64,000 nt of DNA from an uncultured Candidatus Saccharibacteria bacterium (GTDB taxonomy: Bacteria > Patescibacteriota > Saccharimonadia > UBA4664 > CAZOQX01), in NCBI GenBank assembly GCA_964582465.1, contig CAZOQX010000002.1, positions 7,379 through 71,378 on the forward strand, written 5' to 3'. Of this stretch, positions 19,031-29,190 are shown one piece after another. Position 1 is the stretch's first letter; every line of letters starts with the position of its first letter. The position numbers were made by a program, and so were the translations under genes. The notes under the pieces are model-generated. The model saw only the letters and a program-made list of their open reading frames with translations. It ran no database searches and was not told where the DNA came from.

Positions 19031-20863
19031 ATGAGTGAGCAGCACGACAACCTGGAGGTAATGCGACATTCGATGGCGCACATTATGGCTGCTGCCATGC
19101 AAAAACTTTGGCCCCAGGCTAAGTTTGGGGTAGGGCCGGTGGTGGAAGATGGATTTTATTATGACGTTGATTTGAGTCAAACCCTGTCGCTAGACGACCT
19201 CAAAAAAATTGAAACCGAAATGAGTAAGATTGTGGCTCAAGATGTCGCTTTTGAGAAAATCGAGCTACCGATCGGCGAAGCTATCAAAAAGTTTGAAGCG
19301 GGCGGTCAAACCTACAAGGTGGATTTGCTCAAGGATCTGAAGGAACGCGGCACCACCAACATGAAAGATTTGAGCGGAGAAGAGCTGGGTGTATCTGATA
19401 ATGCTGACAAAATTACAACGGTTACACTTTATCGTACGGGCGAATTCGAAGATTTGTGCCGTGGTCCGCACGTAGACTCGACCGGCCAGGTGGGCGCGTT
19501 CAAGCTGACTCGCGTATCTGGGGCCTACTGGCGGGGGAATCAGAGCAACCCCCAAATGCAACGCGTCTACGGGGTGGGTTTTGCGACTAAGAAAGAGCTC
19601 GATGAATACTTTGTGCGCCTGGCTGAGGCTGAGAAGAACGACCATCGCGTGCTTGGTCCCCAGATGGGCATTTACATGCTATCCGACGCAGTTGGAGCGG
19701 GCCTACCGCTATGGATGCCGAATGGTGAGCTGGTTTACCATCAATTACTCGAGTATATGCGTGAAAAGGAGCTGGCTCGTGGCTATAAATACGTCGCCAC
19801 CCCCATACTAGGGCATGAAGATCTCTATAAGCGTTCGGGTCACGCCAAGTTCTACGACGATGATATGTACAGTTTCAAGGACGACGAAGGTAATAAGTTC
19901 TACTTGAAGCCAATGAACTGTCCGCATCACCACATGATTTATGAAAAACTGGTGCAAAGTTACCGCGACTTGCCACTTAAGCTGGCTGAACCGGGTCACA
20001 TTTACCGCCGCGAGCTATCAGGCGTGCTATCGGGGCTAATCCGAGCGCGCAGCTTTACCCAAAACGACTCTCACATTTACGTGACCGATGATCAACTGAA
20101 GGCTGAATTTTTGGATGTACTCGCCTTATTTAAGGAGGTATACGACGAAGTCGGCATCGCTGATTATTGGTATCGTCTGAGCTTGCCCGATTTTGAGAAG
20201 GATAAGTATGAGGGCGACAAGAAGCAGTGGGAGCATGCGGCGGAGGTAATTCGCCAGGCCCTCAAAGAGTCCAAGTCTGACTTTGTGGAGGCTGAAGGTG
20301 AGGCCGCTTTTTACGGTCCGAAGCTTGATGTTCAGATTCGCAATGTGCTCGGTAAGGAGGACACTATTGCCACCATTCAGGTTGATGTACTGGTGCCGAC
20401 TCGTATGGGTCTAAAATATGTCGACTCTAGTAATGAAGAAAAGGCGCCGATTATTATTCACCGGGCAATTCTCGGTTCATACGAACGGTTCATTGCCTTT
20501 CTAATCGAAAAAACCGGTGGACACTTCCCACTCTGGTTAGCGCCGGAGCAAGTGAGGATTGCGACTCTCAACGATTCGAAAAAGGTTGTAGATTATGCCA
20601 CAAAGTTGGCTGGAGATTTAAAAGCCGCTGGGTTGCGAGTAAGCGTTGATGATTCGAGTGAGTCCGTTGGCAAAAAGGTGCGCGCCTCTGAAGTAGCGAA
20701 GGTCAACTATACGCTCGTAATTGGCGAACGCGAGGTTGATTCGGATGAACTCGCCGTGCGTGGGCGCGGCCAGGGGGGCAGCTCGAAGTTTAAAGTAGCT
20801 GACTTCATTTCTAAGTTGCAAGAAGAGGTTACGGCCAGGTCACAGAAACCCTTGATCGAATGA
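19031..20863 (+). CDS. thrS: threonine--tRNA ligase
   Basis: Class II aaRS core with ThrRS editing/catalytic motifs (HRAILGSYERFIAFLIE, PxWLAPxQV anticodon-binding). Confidence 0.92.
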   Translation: MSEQHDNLEVMRHSMAHIMAAAMQKLWPQAKFGVGPVVEDGFYYDVDLSQTLSLDDLKKIETEMSKIVAQDVAFEKIELPIGEAIKKFEAGGQTYKVDLLKDLKERGTTNMKDLSGEELGVSDNADKITTVTLYRTGEFEDLCRGPHVDSTGQVGAFKLTRVSGAYWRGNQSNPQMQRVYGVGFATKKELDEYFVRLAEAEKNDHRVLGPQMGIYMLSDAVGAGLPLWMPNGELVYHQLLEYMREKELARGYKYVATPILGHEDLYKRSGHAKFYDDDMYSFKDDEGNKFYLKPMNCPHHHMIYEKLVQSYRDLPLKLAEPGHIYRRELSGVLSGLIRARSFTQNDSHIYVTDDQLKAEFLDVLALFKEVYDEVGIADYWYRLSLPDFEKDKYEGDKKQWEHAAEVIRQALKESKSDFVEAEGEAAFYGPKLDVQIRNVLGKEDTIATIQVDVLVPTRMGLKYVDSSNEEKAPIIIHRAILGSYERFIAFLIEKTGGHFPLWLAPEQVRIATLNDSKKVVDYATKLAGDLKAAGLRVSVDDSSESVGKKVRASEVAKVNYTLVIGEREVDSDELAVRGRGQGGSSKFKVADFISKLQEEVTARSQKPLIE

Positions 20864-21456
20864 AACGCTTGTTCGATCTGGTTCTAGCTGTTGTTTTGTT
20901 GCCGTTTCTGGCCCTCTTCTTCGTGGTGATTTTGCCCATAATTTCACGGAATCTCGGCGAACGACCGCTTATGTCGCAAGTGCGCCTGGGGCGCGGCCGG
21001 CGCCCGTTCAAGATTCTTAAGTTAAAAACAATGCGTTCGTCTCGGACGGAAGCAGAGATTAACGATAAGGAGCTAGATAGGCTGCGCCTTACGCCTTTAG
21101 GCTATTGGCTGCGTAATCGCGGCCTGGACGAGTTACCGCAAATCGGGAATATCTTACTTGGGCAAATGAGTTTTACTGGTCCACGCGCCTACTTAGAGAA
21201 AAATTACGAAAAAATCCGGATCGATAACCCGAACATGATTAGGCAAGTTGATCACTGGGAGCGGGCCAGGCTTGCGGTGCGGCCTGGCCTGAGTGGTTGG
21301 CATCAGATACATTCCCTTGGTCCGGGTGTTATTAAATATGACCTCGAGTATCTGGATCATTGGAGCCTACTGAAGGAGCTAAAGATCTTCGCTGTTTCGA
21401 TTTGGATTATGATGGTGGGGAAGGATCGCTATTTTAAAACCGGGGGCAGGCGTTGA
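20860..21456 (+). CDS. small polyprenyl-phosphate sugar phosphotransferase (PglC/WbaP C-terminal domain type)
   Basis: KRLFDLVLA...PFKILKLKTM...LDELPQ motifs of bacterial sugar transferase family. Confidence 0.8.
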   Translation: MKRLFDLVLAVVLLPFLALFFVVILPIISRNLGERPLMSQVRLGRGRRPFKILKLKTMRSSRTEAEINDKELDRLRLTPLGYWLRNRGLDELPQIGNILLGQMSFTGPRAYLEKNYEKIRIDNPNMIRQVDHWERARLAVRPGLSGWHQIHSLGPGVIKYDLEYLDHWSLLKELKIFAVSIWIMMVGKDRYFKTGGRR

Positions 21457-21971
21457 ACTATTTCCAGTTTACTAGTCCGAATGTGCCGTATCATTTATCG
21501 GTTGGCGCAGTAGTTTTTAACCCGCAGGGTGAAATCGCTTGTTTCTATAGCCCGGTGGTTCAATTTGGTGATAGTCCGGAGTTCGAGGATATCTACACTT
21601 TGATGCGAGAGACAATCGAACCCGGTGAAACAGTCGAGCAGGCACTCGCACGCGGTCTTGAAGAAGAATTAGGTGTAAGTGCGGAGTTGAAAGCCTATCT
21701 GGGAGATTTGACTTCTCAAGCCTTTGCCTTCATGCAAAAAGTCGACTTTGAAAAGACTACGCTCTACTTTTTGATGGAGTTTACTGAGCAAATCGGTCCG
21801 GGCGGTCAGGAGGAAGTGCCGGGCGAGCCGAAGTGGTTGCAGCCGGATGTGCTAAAGCAGAAAATCGCCCACCAAATTGCACGTTATCCCAGCCGCCCCG
21901 ATGACGTTGATGAGCGGTTGATCATTGATCGCGCTATTAAAGTCCGCCGAGCTTTGGGGTATCAGGAGTAA
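21453..21971 (+). CDS. NUDIX hydrolase
   Basis: Nudix box GETVEQALARGLEEELGV. Confidence 0.6.
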   Translation: MNYFQFTSPNVPYHLSVGAVVFNPQGEIACFYSPVVQFGDSPEFEDIYTLMRETIEPGETVEQALARGLEEELGVSAELKAYLGDLTSQAFAFMQKVDFEKTTLYFLMEFTEQIGPGGQEEVPGEPKWLQPDVLKQKIAHQIARYPSRPDDVDERLIIDRAIKVRRALGYQE

Positions 21972-21980
21972 AATAACATC

Positions 21981-22715
21981 ATGAGCGAGCTATTTGACCG
22001 CGCGAAATGGCATGACAATTTTAGCCACCCAAATTGGCATAGGCGGGTTAATCCGGATTGGCATGCTTTGCGCGCCAGTTGGGAAGAGATCGAGGGTAAA
22101 GGTGAGCGCGAGACGGCCAAGCGCGATTTTTATCAATTCGTGGAAGCGCAGCTTGCGGCTGGGGACGTGGTGATTGGCGAACCGATCACAAGTTTCGACG
22201 AGCAACGCCAGCCTATTTCCAAAGTCATTCTCCATCATACCAAGGAGCCCGGCGGCATCGCCGCGACTCGCCTGAACGCCATGCACCTGATTAATATTTA
22301 CGCGCTGTACTTTTGCCATCCCAATCCTGACACGGTCGATCTCATCAAAGATTCGCCGGTATTTTCGGGTCACTTCATGGACGGCGAACAGGTTTTCCAG
22401 GTCTTTCACTGGTTGGTGAGAGAGGATGGTCGCGCCGAGCGGCTGCTTGATGACAAGTACACCGGTTGGCACGCGGCGAACTGGCAGGTGAATTGCCAGA
22501 GCGTGGCGATCGCTTTTGATGGTGATTTAACCAGCGCCCGACCGAGCGAGACGGCGATTAAGGGCGCCGCTAAGTTGATTAAAGATCATTATCCCCAGGT
22601 TGAGCTCGACAATATCTTGGGCGTGCTCGAGGTCAACCCAAACACTGAATCGCCCGGTCGCAAGTTTCTCGGTCCTGATGGGTGGAAGAAAGACCTACTT
22701 TCTGCGCTAAAATAA
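21981..22715 (+). CDS. N-acetylmuramoyl-L-alanine amidase-like (amidase_2/PGRP fold) protein
   Basis: ILHHT...HAANWQVNCQSVAIAFDGD pattern resembling amidase_2 zinc site. Confidence 0.45.
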   Translation: MSELFDRAKWHDNFSHPNWHRRVNPDWHALRASWEEIEGKGERETAKRDFYQFVEAQLAAGDVVIGEPITSFDEQRQPISKVILHHTKEPGGIAATRLNAMHLINIYALYFCHPNPDTVDLIKDSPVFSGHFMDGEQVFQVFHWLVREDGRAERLLDDKYTGWHAANWQVNCQSVAIAFDGDLTSARPSETAIKGAAKLIKDHYPQVELDNILGVLEVNPNTESPGRKFLGPDGWKKDLLSALK

Positions 22716-22720
22716 GTTCT

Positions 22721-23335
22721 ATGGCCAAGCTGCAACCAGTAATTGCCGTTGATATTGATGATGTGCTTGTGCCGCATTATGAGCTAATGACCGAATTTGT
22801 GAATAAGCACCATGGTTACGCGCTGAGGTCGCACGACTTTCAAAACTGGGAGAAATTGCTCCAGCTCACGGGTATTAATCGCGAAGAGTTCGTGGCCCAG
22901 GTGGAGCCTTTTATTCAATCGGAGGATTTCGTGGAGCAGTCTCCAGCGTTTGAGGTCATGGAAGCATTGAGCACGTTGTCTAAGTATTATCGTATAGTCG
23001 CGGTTACTGCCAGGCCGCGTTCGATTGAGCAGCGCACAATCAAATGGATGGCAGAGCATTTCGGAACTTCTATTCCGGAAATTGAGTTTGTTAACCCCAA
23101 CCAGGCGTGGGGTAGGGGTGGGAGCGTATCAAAACTTGAGGTGTGCCTACGCCTAGGGGCGAAATACTTGATAGATGATCATCTCAAACATGCTCAAGAC
23201 GTCGCTGCTGGCGGGATCAAGGTCATACTCTATGGCAATTATCCTTGGAACCAGCTCGATGCCTTACCCGATAATATTTTGCGGGCGCGTGACTGGGGTG
23301 AGGTATTAAAGATTTTGTTGCCCCATGCAGTCTGA
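22721..23335 (+). CDS. HAD-superfamily 5'(3')-deoxyribonucleotidase-like (NT5C family) protein
   Basis: DIDDVL (DxDxV/L) HAD motif I at N-terminus; ATG 22721. Confidence 0.6.
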   Translation: MAKLQPVIAVDIDDVLVPHYELMTEFVNKHHGYALRSHDFQNWEKLLQLTGINREEFVAQVEPFIQSEDFVEQSPAFEVMEALSTLSKYYRIVAVTARPRSIEQRTIKWMAEHFGTSIPEIEFVNPNQAWGRGGSVSKLEVCLRLGAKYLIDDHLKHAQDVAAGGIKVILYGNYPWNQLDALPDNILRARDWGEVLKILLPHAV

Positions 23336-23639
23336 CGAAACATTTCGCGAGGCGGTGTATGAGCTGGTTGCAGCCATCCCGCGGGGGCGGGTAATGACCT
23401 ATGGCCAGATTGCGGCGCTGTGCGGTAGTCCGCGGGCGGCTCGGATCGTCGGCGGCATTGCTCATTTCGGGCCAACCGGTTTGCCCTGGCAGCGCGTGGT
23501 ACATAAAGATGGGTTGCTCGCGAGTGGCTACACGTCCGGCGGCTATGCTGCTCACAGACGCGACCTTGAGGGCGACGGGGTGGAGGTAGACGTCGAATTC
23601 CGTGTCGTGAATCTGGAGAAGCGGATTTGGTGGCCGTGA
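23325..23639 (+). CDS. alkyltransferase-like (ATL) protein: MGMT DNA-binding domain lacking the acceptor cysteine
   Basis: YGQIAALCGSPRAARIVGG...PWQRVV: PCHR active-site Cys replaced by Trp as in ATL/YbaZ. Confidence 0.7.
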   Translation: MQSDETFREAVYELVAAIPRGRVMTYGQIAALCGSPRAARIVGGIAHFGPTGLPWQRVVHKDGLLASGYTSGGYAAHRRDLEGDGVEVDVEFRVVNLEKRIWWP

Positions 23640-24496
23640 ACCCTAAATTGGTTGCGATCGTTGGGCCAACTGGGAGTGGGAAGAGTGACTTGGCGCTGCA
23701 ACTGGCGCAAGAGTTTGGGGGCGAAATTATTGCCGCTGACTCACGGACGATTTACAGGGGCATGGATATCGTGACGGCCAAGCCAACCGTGGCCGACCAG
23801 CTGCTAGTGCCACATCACTTGCTCGACGTGGTGGAGCCAGGTGAGCGGTTTACCGCAGCTGACTTTAAAAAACTTACTGAGGGCGCGCTTGCAGACATTA
23901 GTCGGCGCGGCAAACTGCCCATGCTAGTGGGTGGTAGCGGTTTGTACGTGGATAGTGTTTTATACGACTACCAATTTCCCGGCCAAAGTGACGTCGATCG
24001 GGCCGAATTAGAGCGGCTAGGCATTGATGAATTGCAGGCTCGCTTGGGCCAACTGGAACGCCAAAAGCTGAACACAATCGACGTACAAAACCGCCGACGA
24101 TTGGTGCGTGCTATCGAAACTGTGGGCCGAAAACCAACGAAAATGAATCAAATTCTGTCAAATACACTCCTGTTAGGACTAAAATTGGACAAAGAAACTA
24201 CTCAAAACCGTCTCAAAAAACGGACCGATCAAATGGTGGCTGCCGGTCTCGCGCCAGAAATTGAAAAGTTAGCCCAGAAGTACGGCTGGGGTAATGAGGC
24301 TATGACTGGAATTGGCTGCCGCGCTTTCAAGGGCTATATCGAAGGCAGGAAAACCCTCGAACAAGCCAAGGCCGATTTTGTGGCGGGCGACATGAAGCTC
24401 GTGAAGAAACAACTGACATGGTTCAAGCGCAACCCGTACATCATTTGGCTGGAGCGTCCGGCTGATGCCCAGAAATTAGTCGCAGATTTTCTTTGA
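23627..24496 (+). CDS. miaA: tRNA dimethylallyltransferase
   Basis: P-loop GPTGSGKS, IAADSRTIYRGMDIVTAKPT motif. Confidence 0.88.
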   Translation: MVAVNPKLVAIVGPTGSGKSDLALQLAQEFGGEIIAADSRTIYRGMDIVTAKPTVADQLLVPHHLLDVVEPGERFTAADFKKLTEGALADISRRGKLPMLVGGSGLYVDSVLYDYQFPGQSDVDRAELERLGIDELQARLGQLERQKLNTIDVQNRRRLVRAIETVGRKPTKMNQILSNTLLLGLKLDKETTQNRLKKRTDQMVAAGLAPEIEKLAQKYGWGNEAMTGIGCRAFKGYIEGRKTLEQAKADFVAGDMKLVKKQLTWFKRNPYIIWLERPADAQKLVADFL

Positions 24497-24499
24497 GTT

Positions 24500-24760
24500 C
24501 TACCGCGTAAACGGCCAGAGCTGGAATGAGTGGTTGGCTTGGTGGGTAATGGTGATGTTAAAGAAGAAGCCAAACAAGATCACGGCCGCGATTAGGGCCA
24601 GGATGATGAGTGTGGCCAGTGTCCGGCTGCCTGTCCCGGCTCCGCTACGCTCGACCACTTCACGCTCAATCATGGCGGGCTGGTAGCGCGCTGCCATTGG
24701 AGCACTCTCGTAAAATTTACCGTCCTTACCTTGTATTGGTTGCTTGCGTCTGAGTTTCAT
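24500..24760 (-). CDS. small membrane protein (hypothetical)
   Basis: AAGGGAGGG RBS before ATG; one TM helix. Confidence 0.4.
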   Translation of the reverse strand: MKLRRKQPIQGKDGKFYESAPMAARYQPAMIEREVVERSGAGTGSRTLATLIILALIAAVILFGFFFNITITHQANHSFQLWPFTR

Positions 24761-24903
24761 AGCCTTCCCTCCCTTTGTCTAAGAGGTTACAACTTGTACG
24801 GGCTTAAAGTCTTTGGTCAAATGGTCAAATCGGTTAAAAGCGCTACGCTGCTGGTTTGCCCGCTCGCTTTAACGGCTGAGCTTGATTCCTATATAATCGA
24901 GTT

Positions 24904-26256
24904 ATGCCCTTATTACTGACGCTCCTGATTGCAAAATTGATTCAAAAGCTCAGCCGTCTGATTTACGGCGGGGGAGGAGCCTTGCCCGGCCTGGTGGCCT
25001 TGAAGCTCCAGCCCGAGCTGCTCAGTAAGCTCGCGCCCGGGTTCGATCAAATCGTGCTTGTGACCGGCACAAACGGCAAAACGACCGCAACCAAGATGAT
25101 TGCCTCAGTGCTTGCCGCCGAAGGGAAGAAAGTGGTTGTAAATAAAACTGGCTCTAACCTAGCACGGGGAATTGCTTCGGGCTTAATCGAGGCGGTGAGC
25201 TGGAGCGGCCGGCTACCTGGCGAGATTGGTCTATTTGAAGTCGACGAAGGCGCCTTCCCTCAGGTGGCCGCTCAACTTAATCCGGCCTTAGTCGTAGTTC
25301 TGAATTTATTCCGCGATCAGCTCGACCGGTATGGTGAGCTAGACACGACGGCGCGGAAAATCGGCGAGGCGTTGGCTAAGCTTGACGCCACAGTTTACCT
25401 GAATGCTGACGATCCACTAGTGACGCAGCTGTCCGACTATCTGGGTGAAGGATCAGGGCCGGTTTATTTTGGGGTCGACGATTATCCAGCTAAGCGCCTA
25501 AGCGAGGATGAGGCGGCTGATGCGCAGGCTTGCCCGGTGTGCGCACGTCCACTCGCGTACACGCTGAATTTCTACGGCCAAATTGGCCACTGGCGTTGCC
25601 CGGACGGGCACATTAAACGGCCTGAGCCCCAGGTGGCGATTAAAAAAGTCCGGTCGGGCGTAAATAGTTTCGAAGTCCGCGCCTGGGAACAGTTGGTGGA
25701 AGTTAAACTCAGCCTTCCTGGGCTCTACAACGCTTATAATGCGCTTGCCGCTCTTAGTGTGCTCGCTGGCCTCGGTATTTTGCTCACACAGGCTGCTAAG
25801 CAGTTAGGTGAGAGCCAGGCGGCTTTCGGTCGGGTGGAGCACTTCGAATTTAATGGTCGTCATTTTTATCTACTTTTGGTGAAAAACCCGGCTGGTTTTA
25901 ACCAATTGATTCAAACTTTTTTGATGAAAGAGCCGGCACCGCTTCTGATTGCGATTAATGATAATCTGGCCGATGGGCGCGATGTGTCTTGGCTGTGGGA
26001 TGTGGCTTTTGAGGAAGTGCAAGCATCTGGGCATGAGGTGCTTGCTTCTGGCGTGAGGGCGAGTGATTTGGCCTTGCGATTGAAGTATGCGGCCATTCCG
26101 GCGGCTGTTGAGGGTGACCTAGCCAAGGCCTGGCAGCGTTTCGTGCGCCAAGTTCCGGTCGCGGGTACAGGCTATATTTTACCGACTTACACAGCTATGA
26201 CGAGCTTGCGTAAGATTATCGGCAAGAAGGTTAAACTCGGAGACATTTGGCAATGA
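24904..26256 (+). CDS. murT: lipid II isoglutaminyl synthase subunit MurT (Mur-ligase domain + Cys4 zinc ribbon + DUF1727)
   Basis: VTGTNGKTT P-loop, CPVC...CPDGH zinc ribbon, DGRDVSWLWD C-terminal motif. Confidence 0.85.
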   Translation: MPLLLTLLIAKLIQKLSRLIYGGGGALPGLVALKLQPELLSKLAPGFDQIVLVTGTNGKTTATKMIASVLAAEGKKVVVNKTGSNLARGIASGLIEAVSWSGRLPGEIGLFEVDEGAFPQVAAQLNPALVVVLNLFRDQLDRYGELDTTARKIGEALAKLDATVYLNADDPLVTQLSDYLGEGSGPVYFGVDDYPAKRLSEDEAADAQACPVCARPLAYTLNFYGQIGHWRCPDGHIKRPEPQVAIKKVRSGVNSFEVRAWEQLVEVKLSLPGLYNAYNALAALSVLAGLGILLTQAAKQLGESQAAFGRVEHFEFNGRHFYLLLVKNPAGFNQLIQTFLMKEPAPLLIAINDNLADGRDVSWLWDVAFEEVQASGHEVLASGVRASDLALRLKYAAIPAAVEGDLAKAWQRFVRQVPVAGTGYILPTYTAMTSLRKIIGKKVKLGDIWQ

Positions 26257-26972
26257 AGCGACAGCTTAAAATTGCTCACCTGTATCCAGCTGAGATGAAT
26301 ATTTACGGCGACCGCGGCAACGTCATTACGCTTACAAAACGAGCTCAATGGCGGGGCATTGAAACTGAAGTAATACCAGTGCGCGTCGGCGAGAAGATGA
26401 GCCTGAAAGACGTGGATATTATTTTTTCTGGAGGCGGTCAGGATAAGGGTCAGGTAGCGGTGGGAGTGGATCTGGCGACGCGCTCGGCACTTTTGCAGCA
26501 ACTGGCGGCGGATGGTGTCGCGATGCTCACGATCTGCGGCACTTACCAGCTGTTTGGGCGCGGCTTTACCACCCTAGAAGGGCAGGAAATCCCAGGCATT
26601 TCATTATTCAAAGCTTATACGCAAGGGTCAACCAAGCGCATGATTGGTAATATTGTGACTGCGAGTCCATTTGGCCAGTTGGTGGGATTTGAAAACCACA
26701 GTGGCCAAACCTTCCTCGAGCCGGAGCAGGCGCCGCTGGGGCAAGTCGCCAAAGGGTTCGGCAATAATGGCGATGATGGTAGTGAGGGAGCAATGATGAA
26801 TAATGTCTTTGGCACCTATTTGCACGGGCCGATTTTACCTAAGAACCCGCATTTGGCCGATACGTTGCTGAGCCGAGCCCTGGCGCGCAAATATGGCGAT
26901 GGCGAACTTGAGCCCCTGGATGACGACCTGGAAAGGGCGGCCAGTCGGGTAGCCTCATCGCGTCCAGCCTAA
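26247..26972 (+). CDS. gatD: lipid II isoglutaminyl synthase glutaminase subunit GatD (CobB/CobQ-type GATase)
   Basis: Overlaps murT stop; ICGTYQ catalytic Cys, GTYLHGPILPKNP motif. Confidence 0.85.
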   Translation: MAMKRQLKIAHLYPAEMNIYGDRGNVITLTKRAQWRGIETEVIPVRVGEKMSLKDVDIIFSGGGQDKGQVAVGVDLATRSALLQQLAADGVAMLTICGTYQLFGRGFTTLEGQEIPGISLFKAYTQGSTKRMIGNIVTASPFGQLVGFENHSGQTFLEPEQAPLGQVAKGFGNNGDDGSEGAMMNNVFGTYLHGPILPKNPHLADTLLSRALARKYGDGELEPLDDDLERAASRVASSRPA

Positions 26973-27003
26973 CCAAAAAACCGCCCAGAGGGGCGGCTCT
27001 TGG
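26971..27003. terminator. bidirectional intrinsic terminator
   Basis: CCGCCC-AGAG-GGGCGG hairpin flanked by A-run (upstream) and T-rich stretch. Confidence 0.6.
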
Positions 27004-27015
27004 AAACGTTAGCCG

Positions 27016-27708
27016 TTATTTCTTAACGTTTAAACTCTTACGCATATTGTCCAAGGTGTCGCGAGCCAGGTCGCGGCCCCCAAGACCAAAGGCCAGCCCG
27101 CCGGCTAGAGCCAACATCACGACAATGGCCGTGAATAGTCGGTCCAAGAACGTGGTATTCACGCCCAGTTGAGCCAGGGCTGTGAAGATCACGACCGCCC
27201 AGATCGAATATCGAGTCAGGGCGCTCAAGAGGCTAGCGGTTCCACCGCCAAGCACTTGGGCTGCGTCTTTAACGACGCGGCTGGTGAGGTCAGCGATGAC
27301 CGCACCAACAAAAACGACCGCCGCAGCGGCCAAAACGTTAGGCACGTAGCCTAGCAGCTGGCGCACAATGTCGCTTACTTGCTGCAGATGAGCTACGCTC
27401 AGAGCCTGCAACAGGAAGACTACGACGAAGAACCATTTGACTAGGTCACCCAGCAGGGTAGCCAGATCAATGCGAGTCTCGAACACTCGCCCTAGACCAA
27501 CACGGTCGGTCCATGGCTTGAGCTTGAGACTGCTCAGCCCTCGGAAGATCCGCACTACGATGGCTTTGGCAATCGCAGCGATGATAATCCCGACGATCAA
27601 CACTAAAATGGCTTCCACAATCTGTGGAATGCCGTTGATCACTCGATGGAGGGCGTCGGTAACTCCGTGGCGGACATCGGAGACCGTGGAAGCATATCTC
27701 GCAACCAT
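27016..27708 (-). CDS. membrane protein with duplicated conserved-TM-helix repeats (MscS-associated type)
   Basis: Two internal repeats of the TM_helix-type motif (IVRxLLGYVPNVL / LLSALTRYSIWAVV). Confidence 0.5.
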   Translation of the reverse strand: MVARYASTVSDVRHGVTDALHRVINGIPQIVEAILVLIVGIIIAAIAKAIVVRIFRGLSSLKLKPWTDRVGLGRVFETRIDLATLLGDLVKWFFVVVFLLQALSVAHLQQVSDIVRQLLGYVPNVLAAAAVVFVGAVIADLTSRVVKDAAQVLGGGTASLLSALTRYSIWAVVIFTALAQLGVNTTFLDRLFTAIVVMLALAGGLAFGLGGRDLARDTLDNMRKSLNVKK

Positions 27709-27915
27709 AGTTTATCCTCCTTAATTTTCTGCCACCTCACCAAACGTGACATTACTTAATGTATTACTCTCTTCAGCATATCTTTGTCAATGCCGGCTAC
27801 GCTTATGTTTTTACACCAAAAAAGTAGTTCGGATTTCTGTCCTTTGTATAAGCACTATGGATTGAGAACAATTTTTGTTATAATTGGCTTGTTACTATCT
27901 GGGAGGCTAAGTAAG

Positions 27916-28605
27916 GTGACCGAGCAATTATTTGGCTCAAAGACGCGCGTAAAGCTGCTGAGTTTATTCCTGAATAACCCGGGCAGGCCGTTTTATGTGC
28001 GTGAAATTACTCGCAAAATCGATGAGCAAATTAACTCTGTGCGCCGTGAACTCGCGAACCTTTTGAGCGTCGGTGTTATTAAATCGGATACTGAAAAAAA
28101 CCGGCTCTACTACGAAGTAAACCAAAAGTTCAGATATTACAATGAGCTTCACAGCATTTTCGGCAGCATCACTTCTACGCCCGCGATTGAAGAAACCAGA
28201 GAAGAGGATCACATTCTAAAGCAGTTGCGTTCGACCGGCACGATTAATCTGGCCTTTCTTTGTGGTGATTTCGTGCGCGATAACCACATTGGTATCGACC
28301 TGTTCGTGGTGGGGGACATTAATCGCACTCGTATCATCAAAGCCATCGCTCAGCTGGAAAATGAGCTGAAGCGAGAGCTTAATTACACCATTATGTCGTT
28401 GGCCGACTACAATTACCGTCTTAACCTGAGCGATCGATTCCTGGCTAATTTGCTGGATGCTAAAAAAATCGTTTTGATTGACACTATGGGCGTTACAGAT
28501 GGAGCTCAGGTGCTTAGCCCCGAGCCGGCTAAACCGGTGGAGCCCCCGGCAGAGACCGAAATTAAAGAAGAGCCGGTGAGTGTACCGGTGGAGGCGAAGA
28601 AGTAA
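27916..28605 (+). CDS. winged-helix DNA-binding domain protein (hypothetical regulator)
   Basis: GTG 27916 after GGGAGG RBS; N-terminal wHTH-like KTRVKLLSLFLNNPGRPFYVREITRKI. Confidence 0.45.
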   Translation: MTEQLFGSKTRVKLLSLFLNNPGRPFYVREITRKIDEQINSVRRELANLLSVGVIKSDTEKNRLYYEVNQKFRYYNELHSIFGSITSTPAIEETREEDHILKQLRSTGTINLAFLCGDFVRDNHIGIDLFVVGDINRTRIIKAIAQLENELKRELNYTIMSLADYNYRLNLSDRFLANLLDAKKIVLIDTMGVTDGAQVLSPEPAKPVEPPAETEIKEEPVSVPVEAKK

Positions 28606-29189
28606 TGGAGATCGTCTACACGGGCGGCAATGGTCTGAAGCTCGGTGGCAAGAATTTGACTATCGCGATTGAGCCTTCCCAGCCGACCAAGTCTGATGTC
28701 ACATTGCACTATTCGCCGCAGTCTAGTGGGAGCGGCCTAGTAATCGACGGGCCCGGTGAGTATGAGGTGAAAGGTGCCAATATTGTTGGTTTAGCCGCCA
28801 AGCCATACAAGGGTGAGGAGCCGGTCGCGATCTACCTGATCCACCTTGATGACGTCAGTGTGGCGGCCATCGGCAATGTTGCACCCAAGCTAGATGAGGA
28901 GCAGTTGGATCGTTTGGGGCCGGTTGATGTGTTGGTTTTGCCGGTCGGCGGCACCGAGCAGACGCTCAGTCCGGCTCAGGCGGCCGAGATGGTGAGCCAA
29001 GTTGAGCCCAGATATGTCGTGCCCGTATATTTTGATGATGGCAAGACCAAGTACGACAAAACGCCCGAGAAAATCGATGCTTTCCTCAAAGAAATGGGCG
29101 CGACCAGTCAGCCGCAGCCCAAGCTCAAATTTGTCCAAAAAGATTTGCCGGTCGAAATGACGGTTGCAGTATTAGAAGCCAGTAACTAA
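28605..29189 (+). CDS. MBL-fold (beta-lactamase-like) family protein
   Basis: VDVLVLPVGG and fold-level pattern; no intact HxHxDH. Confidence 0.45.
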   Translation: MEIVYTGGNGLKLGGKNLTIAIEPSQPTKSDVTLHYSPQSSGSGLVIDGPGEYEVKGANIVGLAAKPYKGEEPVAIYLIHLDDVSVAAIGNVAPKLDEEQLDRLGPVDVLVLPVGGTEQTLSPAQAAEMVSQVEPRYVVPVYFDDGKTKYDKTPEKIDAFLKEMGATSQPQPKLKFVQKDLPVEMTVAVLEASN

Positions 29190-29190
29190 A

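Noticed and set aside
19265-20821. Several 60-126-aa ORFs antisense within thrS (and similar inside murT, WecA, ABC exporter, helicase)
   Set aside because: Embedded in strongly supported conserved genes on the other strand; no independent signals.
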